Of a DNA stretch of 64,000 nt, positions 62,610 to 64,000 are shown piece by piece. Position numbers and translations under genes: made by a program. The notes under the pieces were generated by a model, which saw only the letters and a list, made by a program, of their open reading frames with translations, searched no databases and had not been told where the DNA came from. Numbering within the stretch: the first letter of the stretch is position 1; the number at the start of each line of letters is the position of its first letter. The DNA lies in contig JAGOMP010000005.1 of assembly GCA_017993505.1 (NCBI GenBank), positions 16,537 to 80,536 of the forward strand, written 5' to 3'. The DNA is from Planctomycetota bacterium (GTDB lineage: Bacteria > Planctomycetota > Uabimicrobiia > Uabimicrobiales > JABWCH01).

Positions 62610-63887
62610 ATGTTTTTTTTTATTTTTTTTTATCTTTTATTTATTTTTGAAAACATGAGTTTTTGCGACAATAACAATCAAGATTTACAACAACGTGTTC
62701 AAGAGCTTGAAGCTCAAGTTCGTGCATTAACAGAAGAAGTAATTCAATTAAAAGAAACAGTCCATGTTCAACAAAAGGTAACAGAACACTTATCAAAAGG
62801 TTCATTTCGTCAAGAAACTTTATATGATGAATGTATTGCTTCGTTTAAAAAAGAAAATCAACATGGATTATTATATAATTTTTATCATCATTTAATCCAT
62901 TCTCAAGTGTGGATAGGTGGATATTTAGATGGTGGGTTTTCTGATAGAAAGAATGATAAATTTTTTTTATCTCGTGTTGGTCTTACCTTACGTTCTTCTT
63001 GGCACGATTTATTTGGAGCAGAAATTGAAGTTATGTATAATGAAGAAGAATTTAAAATAGTACAAGCTTCTTTTTTAGTAAATTTATTTTCATGGGGGAG
63101 TATAAAACTGGGAATTCTTCCAGTTCCGATTGGAAATTATAATGAAAATTTTTCATCTCCCTCTAATTCTTTAAGCTCTATCCCTTGGAATTCAGAATAC
63201 TTAGTACCTGTTGTTTGGAGTGTCCCAGGAATCTCTATTTTTGGAAAATGGCCTGAAGAAAAAAATTATTATATTACATATAATTTTTTATTGTCCAACG
63301 GATTTGGAAAAGATGCATTTTTACAAAATGAAGGAAATAAAAAAGGGAATAAAAATTTTGATGAAAACGATTTTCATAGTTTCCAAGGTGCAGGTCGAAT
63401 CGGATTTGTTATGTCTGTACCAGAAATTTCTTCTTGGTCATTAGGGCTATCTGGATTGATTGGCGAATACGATAATTCAAAACAATACGAAGCCGTTGCA
63501 GTCGATTTTTTTGTTCGCTGGGGACCATTTCCTTGGATCACAGATCGAGATTATTTTAGCATATCTGGGGAATATATGATATGGCATGCTGAATGTAATG
63601 CTATAGATATAGAACGACTTTCTGGCATACAAGGTCATTATTTGCAATTTGAATATTGCTTTTTGCCTGAAACTTGGAAAAGTTGGGCAAAAGAATGGGG
63701 AATTTCTTTTCAATATGATTGGTTAAAAATGAAATCTGACCATTGGCAACATAGCGAACGTTATACTATTGGCATTCATTTTCGACCTTGGGAAGAATCT
63801 ATCTTTCGGTTAGAATATAGCTGGGTAGTAAAAAAATTAGAACGTGATTACTCAGGATTCATTATATCTTTTGCAACTTACTTTTAA
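62610..63887 (+). CDS. Outer-membrane beta-barrel porin-like protein with N-terminal coiled-coil segment
   Basis: Alternating-hydrophobic strands, C-terminal FATYF (terminal Phe OMP signature). N-terminal LQQRVQELEAQVRALTEEVIQLKE as in the coiled-coil leaders of some phosphate-porin-like proteins. Confidence 0.65.
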   Translation: MFFFIFFYLLFIFENMSFCDNNNQDLQQRVQELEAQVRALTEEVIQLKETVHVQQKVTEHLSKGSFRQETLYDECIASFKKENQHGLLYNFYHHLIHSQVWIGGYLDGGFSDRKNDKFFLSRVGLTLRSSWHDLFGAEIEVMYNEEEFKIVQASFLVNLFSWGSIKLGILPVPIGNYNENFSSPSNSLSSIPWNSEYLVPVVWSVPGISIFGKWPEEKNYYITYNFLLSNGFGKDAFLQNEGNKKGNKNFDENDFHSFQGAGRIGFVMSVPEISSWSLGLSGLIGEYDNSKQYEAVAVDFFVRWGPFPWITDRDYFSISGEYMIWHAECNAIDIERLSGIQGHYLQFEYCFLPETWKSWAKEWGISFQYDWLKMKSDHWQHSERYTIGIHFRPWEESIFRLEYSWVVKKLERDYSGFIISFATYF

Positions 63888-64000
63888 TATTTAATATTGT
63901 TCTTTCATTTTAGCAACTTCTTGTATTGTTTCTATTTTATCAGTTTTACTTATATAAAAATATAATATACTACATTGTTTTCGCCCATTTTTCTTGATAA

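Overview
Visibly AT-rich, gene-dense chromosomal segment (about 55 CDS, standard code, TAA-dominated stops) from a diderm bacterium whose lineage I cannot assign from sequence alone. Diderm markers are lpxA, a secretin, ExbB/ExbD, lipoproteins with lipoboxes, and a beta-barrel porin ending in F. Recognisable housekeeping genes: ABC ATPase, thrC, HIT, DD-carboxypeptidase, TlpA-like thioredoxin, Mrp/ApbC, rsmE, nth, lpxA, S41 C-terminal peptidase, TrmH-family methyltransferase, BI-1/YccA, RimK-like ligase, CPBP protease, LOG, BtpA, miaA, a sigma-54 activator and an ABC-F protein. There are two isolated tRNA-Arg genes (CCG and CCT). I saw no rRNA, CRISPR array, cas genes, transposase or integrase. 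Many encoded proteins are secreted or membrane-anchored and carry Q/E/K/P-rich low-complexity or short tandem-repeat tracts. A family of Ig-like (Big_2-type) domain proteins recurs three times. Candidates for undescribed biology, all hypotheses from reading the sequence: (1) an operon coupling a short MukB/MksB-like SMC-type ATPase to a sigma-54 response regulator, a Cys-rich zinc-ribbon protein and miaA (54631-60335). (2) A non-canonical Tol/Ton-like module: TPR lipoprotein, two secreted coiled-coil proteins, ExbB, ExbD, then a TM-anchored Ig plus K/E/Q-rich TolA-like protein (35500-41447). (3) An array of about eight 72-74 bp tandem repeats directly downstream of mrp (18864-19520). (4) A solitary DUF262/DUF1524-like (GmrSD-type) gene with a degenerate nuclease motif (14330-16555). 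(5) A tandemly duplicated two-gene secreted cassette encoding DxDxDG calcium-loop proteins (2904-7642). (6) A single-polypeptide STAS / zinc-ribbon / anti-sigma-kinase-like fusion (8020-9096). Family assignments rest on motifs visible in the translations and need HMM or structure confirmation.
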